64,000 nt of DNA from a virus (taxonomy: Duplodnaviria > Caudoviricetes): IMG/VR virus record IMGVR_UViG_3300031994_000009; one strand, given 5' to 3'. The first letter of the stretch is position 1. Each line of letters opens with the position of its first letter. The notes beneath the pieces are model-generated. The model searched no databases and was not told where the DNA came from. It worked only from the letters and a program-made list of their open reading frames with translations. The position numbers and the translations under genes are program-made. This document shows positions 36,726 to 46,745 of this stretch, piece after piece.

Positions 36726-39188
36726 TTAGGCGGTCGTTGACCTGTTCAAAGTGATCGGTACAACGATCTTCTCCATATTCTGTGAAACCCAAACACCAAT
36801 GTCTACTATACAGAACTTATTGTCAATAACTTCCTTGTCGTTGTTAAGATCATCACATTCAATCTCATACTTGACGAGAGCACCAGAGCTTTGCATAGCA
36901 TCAAGAATAGGACTAATCTTGGTGACAATTTCAGCACGAGTGGTAGGAATATTATATGTAAACACATATTCATCAAGCACAGCCTTGCAACTGATTTGAA
37001 TAGTATTTAGCAACTCTCTGACGTGTAAGAAGCTTAAATCAGAATTAACTATCTGGTAAGCGGTCCTGTCACCAAAGATAACAATATTACCGTTGCGATT
37101 TATGATTGGATTGATCCCGAAAGGTTCAAGATATCCACGATCGGTTTCATCGAAATCAAACTCAAGACCTATAATTTGTGAATTCTCAATTATTCCATTC
37201 ATGTTAGCAACAGTCTTATAAGGATCGCCGCCAGTGAATTTCTTCATGAACGAGTTAGACACATCTGCTGCAGGTGGAACGAGCAGAGTCCTCTGTCCAT
37301 CCCTATACTTGAAGAACGGGGAGAAGCAACCGCAATGATCCGCACCATTATCGAAATCAGGCAGACTGAACGATTCTGTATCAGCAGGGTAAACCAAATT
37401 CTGATTACCGCCCTGAGGTATATAAGCCGTATCAAACATAGGTCTAACATCATCAAGAGTGTTGTCCCAATCAGCCCCAAAGAAAGGCGCATCACAAGAT
37501 GCGAACTGAGTCATAGAAGGAATATTGATAATTGCTGTACAATGCTTCTTGTCCTTGGCAAGATTTGCCAAATGAATCTTTGCTTTACAGTTAGCACCCA
37601 TACCATATGCCATTGTATCAACGATATAACGGAATTCTATAGAATCATTGTTCAGCAATCCCCTACGAATACCTTGATCCTCAAGCATAGCATAAATCTT
37701 TTCCACACCAGCTTCATTGTTCACATTACCAGAAGAATCATAACCAGGCATATGTTTATGACACAATTTCAGACCTTCAAGAGAGAAAATCGTAAGTGTA
37801 TCATACATAGATTTAAACGATTCGTGGAACTCAAGGATTTGAACAGCACTAGAATCAAGAACAAGATCTGAAGCAGTAAACCTAAAACACGTCTCTGTCC
37901 CAATCATCAGACCACGCTTTTTGATGATTTTCGCCATCAAACCATTCGTTCCCCTAACATAATCGCCAATATTCACATTCATTCCGTCAGTTCCATTCAA
38001 AGTGAATTGAGTAGAAGAATCGATCGAAGCATCTACGATACTTGTATACACATACATATGTTCATTTGGGTGAGGTATATTATAAGACAAATATGTAATA
38101 GGATTCGTGCTACTATCAATTGTTATTTTGTTACCAACCAAATCTGGCACAAAATATGCCGATGTGTCTATGGATGGATCATACTCTCCATCTCCAACTT
38201 TATCATAGAAGAATACACTACCGTCCAATGATATAGCATCCAAAGCCTTATGGTTCACACCAAACATTAGACCAGTCTCATTTGACTTCTTGTTAACAAG
38301 ATAATCTATTGACTTTATGTTTCCCTGCTTATCTGTAAAGTTAGGAAGCAGACAACCTGTCCATGATCCGATCACATTAACAGAATCAAGGCGGAGAAAC
38401 TTATTCAATTGATCCTTCAAAAGTCCATCTTGTGTGAAATAATTGGACCAAACAACATCTCCAGCGAAAGAAGCATATTTAGACTCATCCCAATTTCCAG
38501 CGATCGCGATCACATCGACAAAATAATCAGACACATAGTCATTAGGATTGATCCAACTATATGGGATATCATCTTGATTTCCATAATAGTCCAAGAAAGA
38601 CAAATTATAACCTTGGATAGATTCTGATTTCCTAACTATAACAGATATATCCTTTGTGCCACAATTCGCGACACCGAACAAAGCAGATTCCTCTATGTTA
38701 GAAACACGAGAATCGATGCTTTCCGAACCATTGATAAAAGTGGTCTCAACGAAAGCGTTATCATCTGCGATCCAAAAACGAGTTCTGTCATACATGTTTG
38801 CATATGGAGCAACCCCTTTTTTCGAATCAATAGTTGGATCAAGAGACAACAGCTCATATCCTACTGTATCTGTATTAGACTCGATATTCCTCGTATCAAC
38901 ATTGAGCAGGTTCATCACATAAACTGGAGACTTCTGTAACATTGTGCGGATATTCCTATTCGTGAAACAACCCCTTCTCTCCATCTTCCTGTCTATGCCA
39001 CCGAACAACTTGTTGCACTCGTCCGTGTTGGAAACATAAACGGGACGGTTGAATGGTCCCTGTGTATTGAATCCCACGGCGAGACGAAGAGCCGACTGCA
39101 CATTGGATCCAGTGATAATGGAATTGTCAATCTCAATGAAATAAACGCCAGATGCCTTGTAGTCTGCAAAATTAATCTTTTGTGACAT
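36726..39188 (-). CDS. contractile tail sheath protein
   Basis: SGVYFIEID, GPFNRP, GINPI...IFGDRT and L..LHVR.L...TRAEI. Confidence 0.93.
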   Translation of the reverse strand: MSQKINFADYKASGVYFIEIDNSIITGSNVQSALRLAVGFNTQGPFNRPVYVSNTDECNKLFGGIDRKMERRGCFTNRNIRTMLQKSPVYVMNLLNVDTRNIESNTDTVGYELLSLDPTIDSKKGVAPYANMYDRTRFWIADDNAFVETTFINGSESIDSRVSNIEESALFGVANCGTKDISVIVRKSESIQGYNLSFLDYYGNQDDIPYSWINPNDYVSDYFVDVIAIAGNWDESKYASFAGDVVWSNYFTQDGLLKDQLNKFLRLDSVNVIGSWTGCLLPNFTDKQGNIKSIDYLVNKKSNETGLMFGVNHKALDAISLDGSVFFYDKVGDGEYDPSIDTSAYFVPDLVGNKITIDSSTNPITYLSYNIPHPNEHMYVYTSIVDASIDSSTQFTLNGTDGMNVNIGDYVRGTNGLMAKIIKKRGLMIGTETCFRFTASDLVLDSSAVQILEFHESFKSMYDTLTIFSLEGLKLCHKHMPGYDSSGNVNNEAGVEKIYAMLEDQGIRRGLLNNDSIEFRYIVDTMAYGMGANCKAKIHLANLAKDKKHCTAIINIPSMTQFASCDAPFFGADWDNTLDDVRPMFDTAYIPQGGNQNLVYPADTESFSLPDFDNGADHCGCFSPFFKYRDGQRTLLVPPAADVSNSFMKKFTGGDPYKTVANMNGIIENSQIIGLEFDFDETDRGYLEPFGINPIINRNGNIVIFGDRTAYQIVNSDLSFLHVRELLNTIQISCKAVLDEYVFTYNIPTTRAEIVTKISPILDAMQSSGALVKYEIECDDLNNDKEVIDNKFCIVDIGVWVSQNMEKIVVPITLNRSTTA

Positions 39189-39213
39189 TTTTATTTTCGA
39201 GATTATTTTTCTT

Positions 39214-39224
39214 TATTTATTTAT
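39214..39224 (-). promoter_or_regulatory. Class III (late-type) promoter ATAAATA
   Basis: Upstream of the sheath; same motif at 32057, 35923, 40220, 23071 and 51055. Confidence 0.55.
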
Positions 39225-39252
39225 AGCGAAATATCATTTTTTGCAAAAATCG

Positions 39253-39282
39253 AAAGGCCGTGATATAAAACCACGGCCCTTT
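39253..39282. terminator. intrinsic terminator
   Basis: GGCCGTG...CACGGCC hairpin after the 39308 gene. Confidence 0.65.
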
Positions 39283-39307
39283 ATCTATATGAATATTGAA
39301 AATTTAA

Positions 39308-40195
39308 TTACTTCTCGTCTTCCTCAGCACCGAAAATGTCACCTAGATCGTCGAAGTTGAAATCCTCTTCATCTTCATCATTATCTTCTTCATCCTTATT
39401 ATCATCTGAATCTTCATCATCCTCATCACTCACGATCTCTCCACCGATCTCCTTTTCAAGATCAATACCCTTTGTCGCAAGATAATCCTTCAATTCCATG
39501 ACTGAATTGACATCAACACGAACCTCGTCATTATCCGAGTCTTCATCACCTTCGATGATTTCAATGTCATCCTCTGGAATATTTGCGTCAATCAGCTCAT
39601 CCTTGCACTTGTCCGCATCACCTTTCTTGACAGTAAGAATGACAGCTTTCATTTCTTCATCATCCTCGTTGTCATCTTCATTGTCGTCAGCGGTGTCATC
39701 GGAATTATCGTCAGTATTTTTATCATCGTTTCCATTATCATCTTTGTCATTATCTTGATTGTCATCCGAATCTTCATCATCGTCAGATTCAAACATCTTG
39801 CGCAACCTTGCGAACCTTGCAGAAACAGATTCCTGCATCGTGTTACCACATTCGTTGCATTCATCCATGTCATCCTGGTTGCAATTGTCACCACATTCGT
39901 TTTTCGCATCAACAGTTGCAGTAAACACCCAATTTCCAACACCTTCAACAGTGAAAATGACCTTGTTGTCTCTCTCGTCAAATTCGACATCATTTTGATC
40001 TATGTTTTGATCGTCAGCGACATTTGTCATAATATCATATGCATCCTCAATCGCAACCTTAGCATTAGGATACCTGTCCTCGAACTCAACGTTGTTGATA
40101 AGTTTTCCGTTGGCATCGAATTCTTCAACATTAAGCACATATTGTTCCTCCGATTCGTAAATCTTCTTGGTATTCAGGTTATATCTCCTTTTCAT
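39308..40195 (-). CDS. highly acidic protein, possible prohead core/scaffold
   Basis: D/E-rich tracts; IYES, MQES and MFES candidate protease sites; late-type promoter. Confidence 0.5.
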   Translation of the reverse strand: MKRRYNLNTKKIYESEEQYVLNVEEFDANGKLINNVEFEDRYPNAKVAIEDAYDIMTNVADDQNIDQNDVEFDERDNKVIFTVEGVGNWVFTATVDAKNECGDNCNQDDMDECNECGNTMQESVSARFARLRKMFESDDDEDSDDNQDNDKDDNGNDDKNTDDNSDDTADDNEDDNEDDEEMKAVILTVKKGDADKCKDELIDANIPEDDIEIIEGDEDSDNDEVRVDVNSVMELKDYLATKGIDLEKEIGGEIVSDEDDEDSDDNKDEEDNDEDEEDFNFDDLGDIFGAEEDEK

Positions 40196-40275
40196 TATAA
40201 AATAATGTATATTTTCTTTTATTTATTTTCTTCGGACACAGCCGATCAACTGTTTTATGTTCTATTTATTGTTTT

Positions 40276-41133
40276 TTAAATGAAGAAAGCTGAAGCCTTT
40301 TTCCAATAGCTCATATAGGCATCCTTTATCTCCTGTCCATTGTCTTTTATTTCTTCCCCAGACATTGTCCTGACAATTCCATCTTCACACAGCACAAAAA
40401 CATTCTGGCAATCAAGGCAATAACAATTTCTGAATCTGACTGGTTTGCCAACAGTCTGCATCGTATGCCCGAAAATCTGCTCGCAATCCTTCACAAAGAC
40501 GTGATCGAACAAATGATCCGACAAATCAGCCCAAAGGAAACTGGGATGACTGCACCATCCACCCCGCGAATTTCCGACATCACCATATCGTTTAAGCCAA
40601 CTCTTATCTAAAGACATTTCCTTCCAATCGAAAGATTTCAGAAAGTCAAAAGTCATACCTTCCATACATTTCTCGTCACTGAAATCATCCCATGACTCAT
40701 CACACAGCCCCAACTTATCTGCATATTCCCTAATCCAGTTAAACTGAAAACCAGCATGGGAAAAAATGAAGTTCTTCCCGTTTACAGTAACAAACTTTAC
40801 ATAATCGAACAAATCCTTGTTTCCTGTGAACATTTCATTTATTTCAGGATAATGTTCATAATCCATGCGGCATCCACGCTTCGAACCGTCAAAATAATGC
40901 AGATCATGATTTCCTATAAGCAAGGTTATCTTATCTGGATGATCCTTTTTTATATCGATAATTGTCCTGAACCTAATCAAAGCATCATTCTGTGTTATGT
41001 TTTCATGTGGATATGGATCAACATAGTCACCAAGGAACACAATCTCAGAATCTGGCTCCGAAATTGCTTGCTTCAACGGTTCGTCATAGAACGATCGGCC
41101 ATGAACGTCTGGTATAATGTATATTTTCTTCAT
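40276..41133 (-). CDS. calcineurin-like metallophosphoesterase
   Basis: DVHG, GDYVD, GNHD, SHAG and FGHT. Confidence 0.92.
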   Translation of the reverse strand: MKKIYIIPDVHGRSFYDEPLKQAISEPDSEIVFLGDYVDPYPHENITQNDALIRFRTIIDIKKDHPDKITLLIGNHDLHYFDGSKRGCRMDYEHYPEINEMFTGNKDLFDYVKFVTVNGKNFIFSHAGFQFNWIREYADKLGLCDESWDDFSDEKCMEGMTFDFLKSFDWKEMSLDKSWLKRYGDVGNSRGGWCSHPSFLWADLSDHLFDHVFVKDCEQIFGHTMQTVGKPVRFRNCYCLDCQNVFVLCEDGIVRTMSGEEIKDNGQEIKDAYMSYWKKASAFFI

Positions 41134-41135
41134 TT

Positions 41136-41627
41136 TTAGAATAATGGGTCTGAGTTTGATGTTTGAATTTTGGATGTAGTCTCTTTTGATTTATCTTCAT
41201 TTTTATCATATGGCAATTCCGAAATTGAAACACTATAATATAATAAGAGTTCACGAAGCAAATGCCGATGACAAAACTCGGTCGGTTTCTCGTAGCAAAG
41301 GAAAACGATCGCACTGTAGTCAAAGAAACGTCGTTTCAAATCATCTATATAAGAAATCAACGATCTTCCATTGTCTGACTTGAAATGAAACCTTTCGTTC
41401 AGTTCCTTATAATAGCGAATAGTGTAAACTGATTGATCGACCCTATTGGATTTGATGTCGGAAAGAAGATCGATCGAAGGAGCGAAAAGATTATTATCCC
41501 AAAAGTAGAAATTTAAAGGAGCTTTATCACCATTCAGCCAATCTGGACAAACGCGAGAAATTCCGACGGCTGCATAGTCCATCGGAATTTTCTTCAGGTT
41601 TGCATAATATGATGTAAACAATTCCAC
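41136..41627 (-). CDS. DUF488-like protein
   Basis: TSYYAN...GISR...APS...LCYEKP..FCHRH. Confidence 0.75.
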   Translation of the reverse strand: MELFTSYYANLKKIPMDYAAVGISRVCPDWLNGDKAPLNFYFWDNNLFAPSIDLLSDIKSNRVDQSVYTIRYYKELNERFHFKSDNGRSLISYIDDLKRRFFDYSAIVFLCYEKPTEFCHRHLLRELLLYYSVSISELPYDKNEDKSKETTSKIQTSNSDPLF

Positions 41628-42034
41628 TATTTCTTATCTTTTCTTCCGTCTATATAACCAATCCTATAAGCATCTTCAAATTCAAGTATCAGACGCTTTT
41701 TTAATTCAGGATTATCAATTTGATGAAACACCTCAGACGGATAATTAAAAGAAAATTCTCTTGCTTTTATAACAACATCGTAATTAGACTCATCAATATC
41801 TGTAAATATTTTCAATTCTCTTGAAACAATTTCCTCAGCATCTTTCAACTTCTGTCTAAGATTTAAATCATCCTTTAATTTTGAGGTTTCTAAATCCTTC
41901 ATCATTTGATGAATTGTATCCAAAGCTGATACACAAAAGGTTCTGTTTGTCAGATAATCAGCGCTAATCAGTGTACCAATAAAAAACCAGATCTGATCTA
42001 TTTCGTAAAGTGAATCTATAATGTTATCTTTCAT
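41627..42034 (-). CDS. hypothetical protein
   Basis: ORF in operon. Confidence 0.65.
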   Translation of the reverse strand: MKDNIIDSLYEIDQIWFFIGTLISADYLTNRTFCVSALDTIHQMMKDLETSKLKDDLNLRQKLKDAEEIVSRELKIFTDIDESNYDVVIKAREFSFNYPSEVFHQIDNPELKKRLILEFEDAYRIGYIDGRKDKK

Positions 42035-42035
42035 A

Positions 42036-43811
42036 TCAAAACAAGCTTGGCGTATATGTCAATGAAGGTGCAATCTCGTTATATCCCAACGCGACGACGA
42101 TCCTGTTCAGCGGACTTAGCAACATCTTCTCGAATTGGATGTCAACATCCATTTTAGGAGCGAACTCCATAGGGAAAAGATCTGGAACAAAACCGAAAAC
42201 ATTCTCGCTATCCGTATAATAGTACCTAACCTTGTCTCCAGACTTCAGAAGATTGTATTTACTGCGATACTTCTTTGCCTTGTTGAAAAGCATGTTGTTA
42301 TAGATTGCAGCGGCCCTGACATGGATCGGGACTGGAAGCTTCTCGTTCGTGTCGATCGGGTTCCCGTTAGCATCCAGAACCTTCTTGAAAGAGAAATACT
42401 GGATCTCTGGGCTCTTGTCGTTCATGACAAAACTCTCATAGTTAGATATCGACTGTGATTTCGCGATGTCATTAGGGCTTTGCATTGCGAATCTCTTTTT
42501 TATGTCGACAAGTCTTTTGACAAGTTCACCAAGCGTAGGTTTCCTCCCCTTGTTCAGCTCTCCCATGATGAAAGTAACAAAGTCCTTCATCTCCTTTCTG
42601 CAATACTCAGGTGTAGATCCCTTCACCACATCAAAACCAGTATATGTTATGTGATGGCACGGATCGAACCTTGCCCCAGAGTCGATCCACTCGACATCGC
42701 ACATATAGTTCTTCTTCGCAAGAAGGATAATTGTCCTTGAAATCTTCTCAAGTTCGAATTTCTCAAGATTCTTGTGACAATGGAACTTCTGGGCATAGAT
42801 GTCAAACTTGCCATCCATATACTTTTCGAGAATCTCCTCATAGAATATGAGATCGAAATCAAGTTCCTGATCCTTCGAGACATAGCAAGCGTCTATGATC
42901 GGCTGCATTGTTATGTAAGCTGAATCTGTATTGTGGACAAGAATATCATTGGCAAAAAAAGTGTGATTTCCTTGAGAAGGATCGATCGCAATATCGTAAA
43001 CAAAATCATTATATCTTTCCGAAACAAGTTCAACATTTTTCACAGATTCCACATTTGACGTGTCTCCGCACATAACAACAACCTTATCTGTATATAAAAT
43101 TTCGAAAGGTTTTGCCTCGATCAAAACTCCATTTCTATATACCATAACAGAATGATCTTGTGTAACAGTAACAGATTTTCCAGAGTCAGATGTTATTTTC
43201 CACATTGACTTGTTCGTATAATGTCTCATTACATAAGCTGTTCTACAGAATCTTGAAGAGCATTGATTTGGATCATAGGACAAAACATCATAATTCATAT
43301 AGGCTCTTATCTTATCATGCGATTCGAATTGGCATAACTCGTCGAACAATGTCTTTATCTGAACTGGTTCATCTCCGACATAAACAACAGAGTCCCCCGT
43401 CACGCTATCTCCATATACTTGCATTGTATCGATCATAATCTTGTTCGTCCTTGCTGCGTTCATGAACTTTTCATAATCAAACGCATCGCCGAACAAAGCT
43501 TTCATCCTTTCGGCAACTCTCTTGTGACCATCAATGTCCTGATTCCACAGGTTCTTGATATAATCGTTAATTTGGATGACAGAATATTTGATAAGATCCT
43601 GGCCCTGTAAAGTGATGGACTCTGCAATATCCGTATTTGCGAGATTAAAGAACTCCGTACCAAACACACCATACACAGAGTTAATGAACGTCTTAGCGGA
43701 CTGCTGCATAGTGTTGTAGTAATCTTCCTCGTCTGTATATTCCGCGATTTTCTTCCTTAACAGATCCAAAGGACACGTTTCTGGATCAAAAATTTGATTG
43801 TTATCTTCCAT
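42036..43811 (-). CDS. family B DNA polymerase, C-terminal fragment of a split gene, intein-containing
   Basis: KTFINSVYG, YGD|TDS, KKNY, GFDVVK and PIHVRAA. No exonuclease domain or DxxSLYPS in this ORF. Start moved to ATG 43811. Confidence 0.9.
   Translation of the reverse strand: MEDNNQIFDPETCPLDLLRKKIAEYTDEEDYYNTMQQSAKTFINSVYGVFGTEFFNLANTDIAESITLQGQDLIKYSVIQINDYIKNLWNQDIDGHKRVAERMKALFGDAFDYEKFMNAARTNKIMIDTMQVYGDSVTGDSVVYVGDEPVQIKTLFDELCQFESHDKIRAYMNYDVLSYDPNQCSSRFCRTAYVMRHYTNKSMWKITSDSGKSVTVTQDHSVMVYRNGVLIEAKPFEILYTDKVVVMCGDTSNVESVKNVELVSERYNDFVYDIAIDPSQGNHTFFANDILVHNTDSAYITMQPIIDACYVSKDQELDFDLIFYEEILEKYMDGKFDIYAQKFHCHKNLEKFELEKISRTIILLAKKNYMCDVEWIDSGARFDPCHHITYTGFDVVKGSTPEYCRKEMKDFVTFIMGELNKGRKPTLGELVKRLVDIKKRFAMQSPNDIAKSQSISNYESFVMNDKSPEIQYFSFKKVLDANGNPIDTNEKLPVPIHVRAAAIYNNMLFNKAKKYRSKYNLLKSGDKVRYYYTDSENVFGFVPDLFPMEFAPKMDVDIQFEKMLLSPLNRIVVALGYNEIAPSLTYTPSLF
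42930..43406 (-). other. 159-aa mini-intein without homing endonuclease
   Basis: Begins SVTGDS, block B TQDHS, ends VYDI...FFANDILVHN followed by Thr; splits the YGD/TDS motif. Confidence 0.92.
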
Positions 43812-43827
43812 GACTAATTGATTTATG

Positions 43828-43848
43828 TAATTATATACTTGATGACAC
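43828..43848 (-). promoter_or_regulatory. Class II promoter GTGTCATCAAGTATATAATTA
   Basis: Upstream of the polymerase fragment. Confidence 0.65.
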
Positions 43849-44010
43849 AAATTGTACCTAATTTTTCTGATTTTCAGCGAAATCTGAAGCAACTTTTAAA
43901 ATTATTTCAGCTTCAATTGGTTCATATTCCCATGTTAACTTAGGATATAATTGTTTCTCCCGTTGTAATTGTTATACGGTATATTGAACTCCTCATAATA
44001 TTTCAGCAAG

Positions 44011-44259
44011 TCAACACTTACTAGAATCTTTTTCATATCTTTCCAAGCTTCTGATGTCTATAAAACTTGGCCTTGGTTTTCCTTTTAAATACTCTTTTTC
44101 TATGACATTTGCTGTATCTAGAAGCTTTTGGTATAATTCTTTGTTCTTTTTATCAATATTAGAATTTGGGTCTATATATACATTCATATACTTACTTATT
44201 TTATTTGCGTCTGAAATCCAAAAAATAATACGTGAAATCGACATCTGGATCGTCATCAA
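44011..44259 (-). CDS. hypothetical protein (true start probably downstream, MNVYID)
   Basis: Short ORF after dfr. Confidence 0.4.
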   Translation of the reverse strand: MMTIQMSISRIIFWISDANKISKYMNVYIDPNSNIDKKNKELYQKLLDTANVIEKEYLKGKPRPSFIDIRSLERYEKDSSKC

Positions 44260-44707
44260 TTTCCTGCGATCTAACTAATTCCCATTCATCATGATCAAAT
44301 TCTGGAAACACAGTATCGCCATAAAACTCTTTGTCGATATATGTAACGAACATAAAACTTGCAAGATCCATGAATTGTTCATAGACCTTACCTCCGCCTA
44401 TAATAAAGGTTTGATCATCATTCTTTATCATTTCGAAGACTTCCTCGATATGGTGTGCCACCTCAAACCCTTCTGGAGCATCTTTCAGCCTTGAAGAGAG
44501 AATTATATTTCTTCTTCCTTTCAAAGGTTTCTGTTTCGGCAACGACATGTATGTGTTGTATCCCATCACCACAGTATGTCCTATGGTAATTTGCTTGAAA
44601 GACTCCATGTCCTTCTTTATATGCCAAAGAAGTCCACCCTTATCTCCGATCACCCCGTTAGACGACATTGCCACTATTATCGATATTTTATTCAAAATTT
44701 CCCCCAT
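44201..44707 (-). CDS. folA: dihydrofolate reductase
   Basis: IVAM..NGVIG..G.LLW, VVMG..T, PLKGRRNI, IIGGG and GDTVFP. Confidence 0.95.
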   Translation of the reverse strand: MGEILNKISIIVAMSSNGVIGDKGGLLWHIKKDMESFKQITIGHTVVMGYNTYMSLPKQKPLKGRRNIILSSRLKDAPEGFEVAHHIEEVFEMIKNDDQTFIIGGGKVYEQFMDLASFMFVTYIDKEFYGDTVFPEFDHDEWELVRSQEIDDDPDVDFTYYFLDFRRK

Positions 44708-45654
44708 TTCTCTCTAAAAACGTCGTAAGCTATCTTTGTTGATTGTTCTTCGAACTTCTGTCTTGCCGACATAACTCTATCTTTCAGAAAATCGATCGCT
44801 GGCCTATATCTCTTGAAATTGTTCTTCGTAAGACGATTCACCACCTTGATGACATTATTTCTTGAATTGTCCGTTTTATCTTCCGATACAATCTTCAAAA
44901 TCGTATTCAAAGATTCAATAGCTTCAGTCAGCTTTGAATATGATTCCGTGGACTTAATTGCTTTAGTTACGCCAGAGGCATCCCCATAAGATCCTTGATA
45001 TGTTTCCAGTTCATGCTTCAGCTGGCCGATATGAGCGTTCCTTTCCGATCGATCCGTAAAGTATATAATCTTGTCAATGCAGTTCTCTATGTCGTTTGGG
45101 GAATTTTGCGCGATAGAACTATATCCTTGGAGGAAAGCGTCTCCAAGTCGTTTCTTCCCTCCACTTGTGACGAACATCTCATAATCGTTATACGCATGCA
45201 TTAGTTCGTGAGATACACTCTTCCCGATGATCCTGATTAGATCAATGTCACTAGGCCCAACAGCCCTGACGAACATGATAGGAACGAATCTAACGGAACC
45301 GTCCACAAATTCAATATGACTTTTTTCGCTGTATTTTCCTGAGCTTTTTGGCTCGATGTCCTCGGATCCATACGTGATATCGATAGTAAGACTAAACCCA
45401 GTAAAGAAAACATCCACACCATCGAATATTGACATATCCTTGTAAGTAAACACCTTTTCGTCCCCATGTCCCATTCCATAGACATCTGGCTTAATAACCT
45501 TATACAATGCCTGAACAATATCGGAAATGTTGTCTTTATATCCGTGCGACTCAAGTATGCTTGAATTGTATCCACTTTGTTCTATCATGAAGTGCCTATA
45601 CAAATGCTCATCAAGCAGACTATCAAATGTTTTCTTATGTTGAATGATTTTCAT
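44692..45654 (-). CDS. HExxH (zincin-like) protein, paralog B
   Basis: [12 protein letters not shown]...SERNA; sits between thyA and dfr. Confidence 0.65.
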   Translation of the reverse strand: MKIIQHKKTFDSLLDEHLYRHFMIEQSGYNSSILESHGYKDNISDIVQALYKVIKPDVYGMGHGDEKVFTYKDMSIFDGVDVFFTGFSLTIDITYGSEDIEPKSSGKYSEKSHIEFVDGSVRFVPIMFVRAVGPSDIDLIRIIGKSVSHELMHAYNDYEMFVTSGGKKRLGDAFLQGYSSIAQNSPNDIENCIDKIIYFTDRSERNAHIGQLKHELETYQGSYGDASGVTKAIKSTESYSKLTEAIESLNTILKIVSEDKTDNSRNNVIKVVNRLTKNNFKRYRPAIDFLKDRVMSARQKFEEQSTKIAYDVFREKWGKF

Positions 45655-46478
45655 ACCGAAACCTCCCCCTTAATCACAGGCCAAGGATCATATCCTTCCA
45701 GTACAAAATCCTCATAATCAAATCCGAAAATGTCATTGACATCTGGATTAATCCTCATTTTCGGCAATGGTCTTGGATCCCTATTCAACTGTGTCTTAAC
45801 TTGATCGATCAAATTATTGTAAATATGAACATCACCGAAAGTATGAATGAAGTCTCCATATTCCAGCCCACACACCTGCGCAACCATCATTGTCAGCAAA
45901 GAATACGAAGCGATGTTGAACGGGACACCGAAAAACACGTCAGCACTCCTTTGATAAAGCTGGCATGATAACTTCCCATCTACCACATAAAACTGGAAGA
46001 AGCAATGACATGGAGGCAATGCGGCCTTACCGTTACTCACATTCTTTGCGAAATCCTTTTCCTTCTCGTCAGGCAAAACACTCGGATTCCATGCGGTAAC
46101 GATATGCCTTCTGCTGTTCGGGTTGTTCTTTATTCCATCAATCAATTCAGAAATCTGATCGATCCCCTCGTTGTTCCAATTCCTCCACTGGGCACCGTAC
46201 ACTGGACCGAGATTCCCGTTCGAGTCAGCCCATTCATCCCATATGGTGACACCGTGATCATTTAGATACTTTATGTTAGTGTCCCCTCTCAGCAACCACA
46301 ACAGTTCGTAGATTACAGATTTCATATGAATTTTCTTGGTCGTAACCAATGGGAAACCTTCCTGCAGGTTGAACCTCATCTGGTATCCGAACACGCTGAT
46401 CGTTCCAGTTCCAGTCCTGTCCCCCTTCTGGACACCGTTGTCCAGAATATGCTGCAATAAGTCCAAGTATTGTCTCAT
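45651..46478 (-). CDS. thyA: thymidylate synthase
   Basis: DRTGTGT, LGPVYG.QWR, ALPPCH, QRSAD...PFN and GDVHIY. Confidence 0.98.
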   Translation of the reverse strand: MRQYLDLLQHILDNGVQKGDRTGTGTISVFGYQMRFNLQEGFPLVTTKKIHMKSVIYELLWLLRGDTNIKYLNDHGVTIWDEWADSNGNLGPVYGAQWRNWNNEGIDQISELIDGIKNNPNSRRHIVTAWNPSVLPDEKEKDFAKNVSNGKAALPPCHCFFQFYVVDGKLSCQLYQRSADVFFGVPFNIASYSLLTMMVAQVCGLEYGDFIHTFGDVHIYNNLIDQVKTQLNRDPRPLPKMRINPDVNDIFGFDYEDFVLEGYDPWPVIKGEVSV

Positions 46479-46732
46479 TTCTTGTCTGATTTGATTTTTT
46501 CCAAAATTTCAAAAACCATGATGTCTGGATCAGACTTGATAGCTTCCTTCATGTAAGAAACAATCTGATCGATTGCCAACATATAACAATCAGTTCCTCC
46601 GCGATAAGCCCCATCGAGAAAAGCTTCAGACCCGTTTACATCAACATATCCCTCTGAGGTTTGATCCAAATAAAGTTTTATTTGTTTCTTTACAAGTTCT
46701 TCACATTGATCATTAATATAAAAATTCTTCAT
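46475..46732 (-). CDS. hypothetical protein
   Basis: ORF in operon. Confidence 0.7.
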   Translation of the reverse strand: MKNFYINDQCEELVKKQIKLYLDQTSEGYVDVNGSEAFLDGAYRGGTDCYMLAIDQIVSYMKEAIKSDPDIMVFEILEKIKSDKK

Positions 46733-46745
46733 AACAATTTGATTA

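Noticed and set aside
43850-44010. Missing N-terminal polymerase part reached by frameshift
   Set aside because: The stretch is short, has stops in all minus-strand frames and no polymerase motifs; a class II promoter sits right before the fragment.
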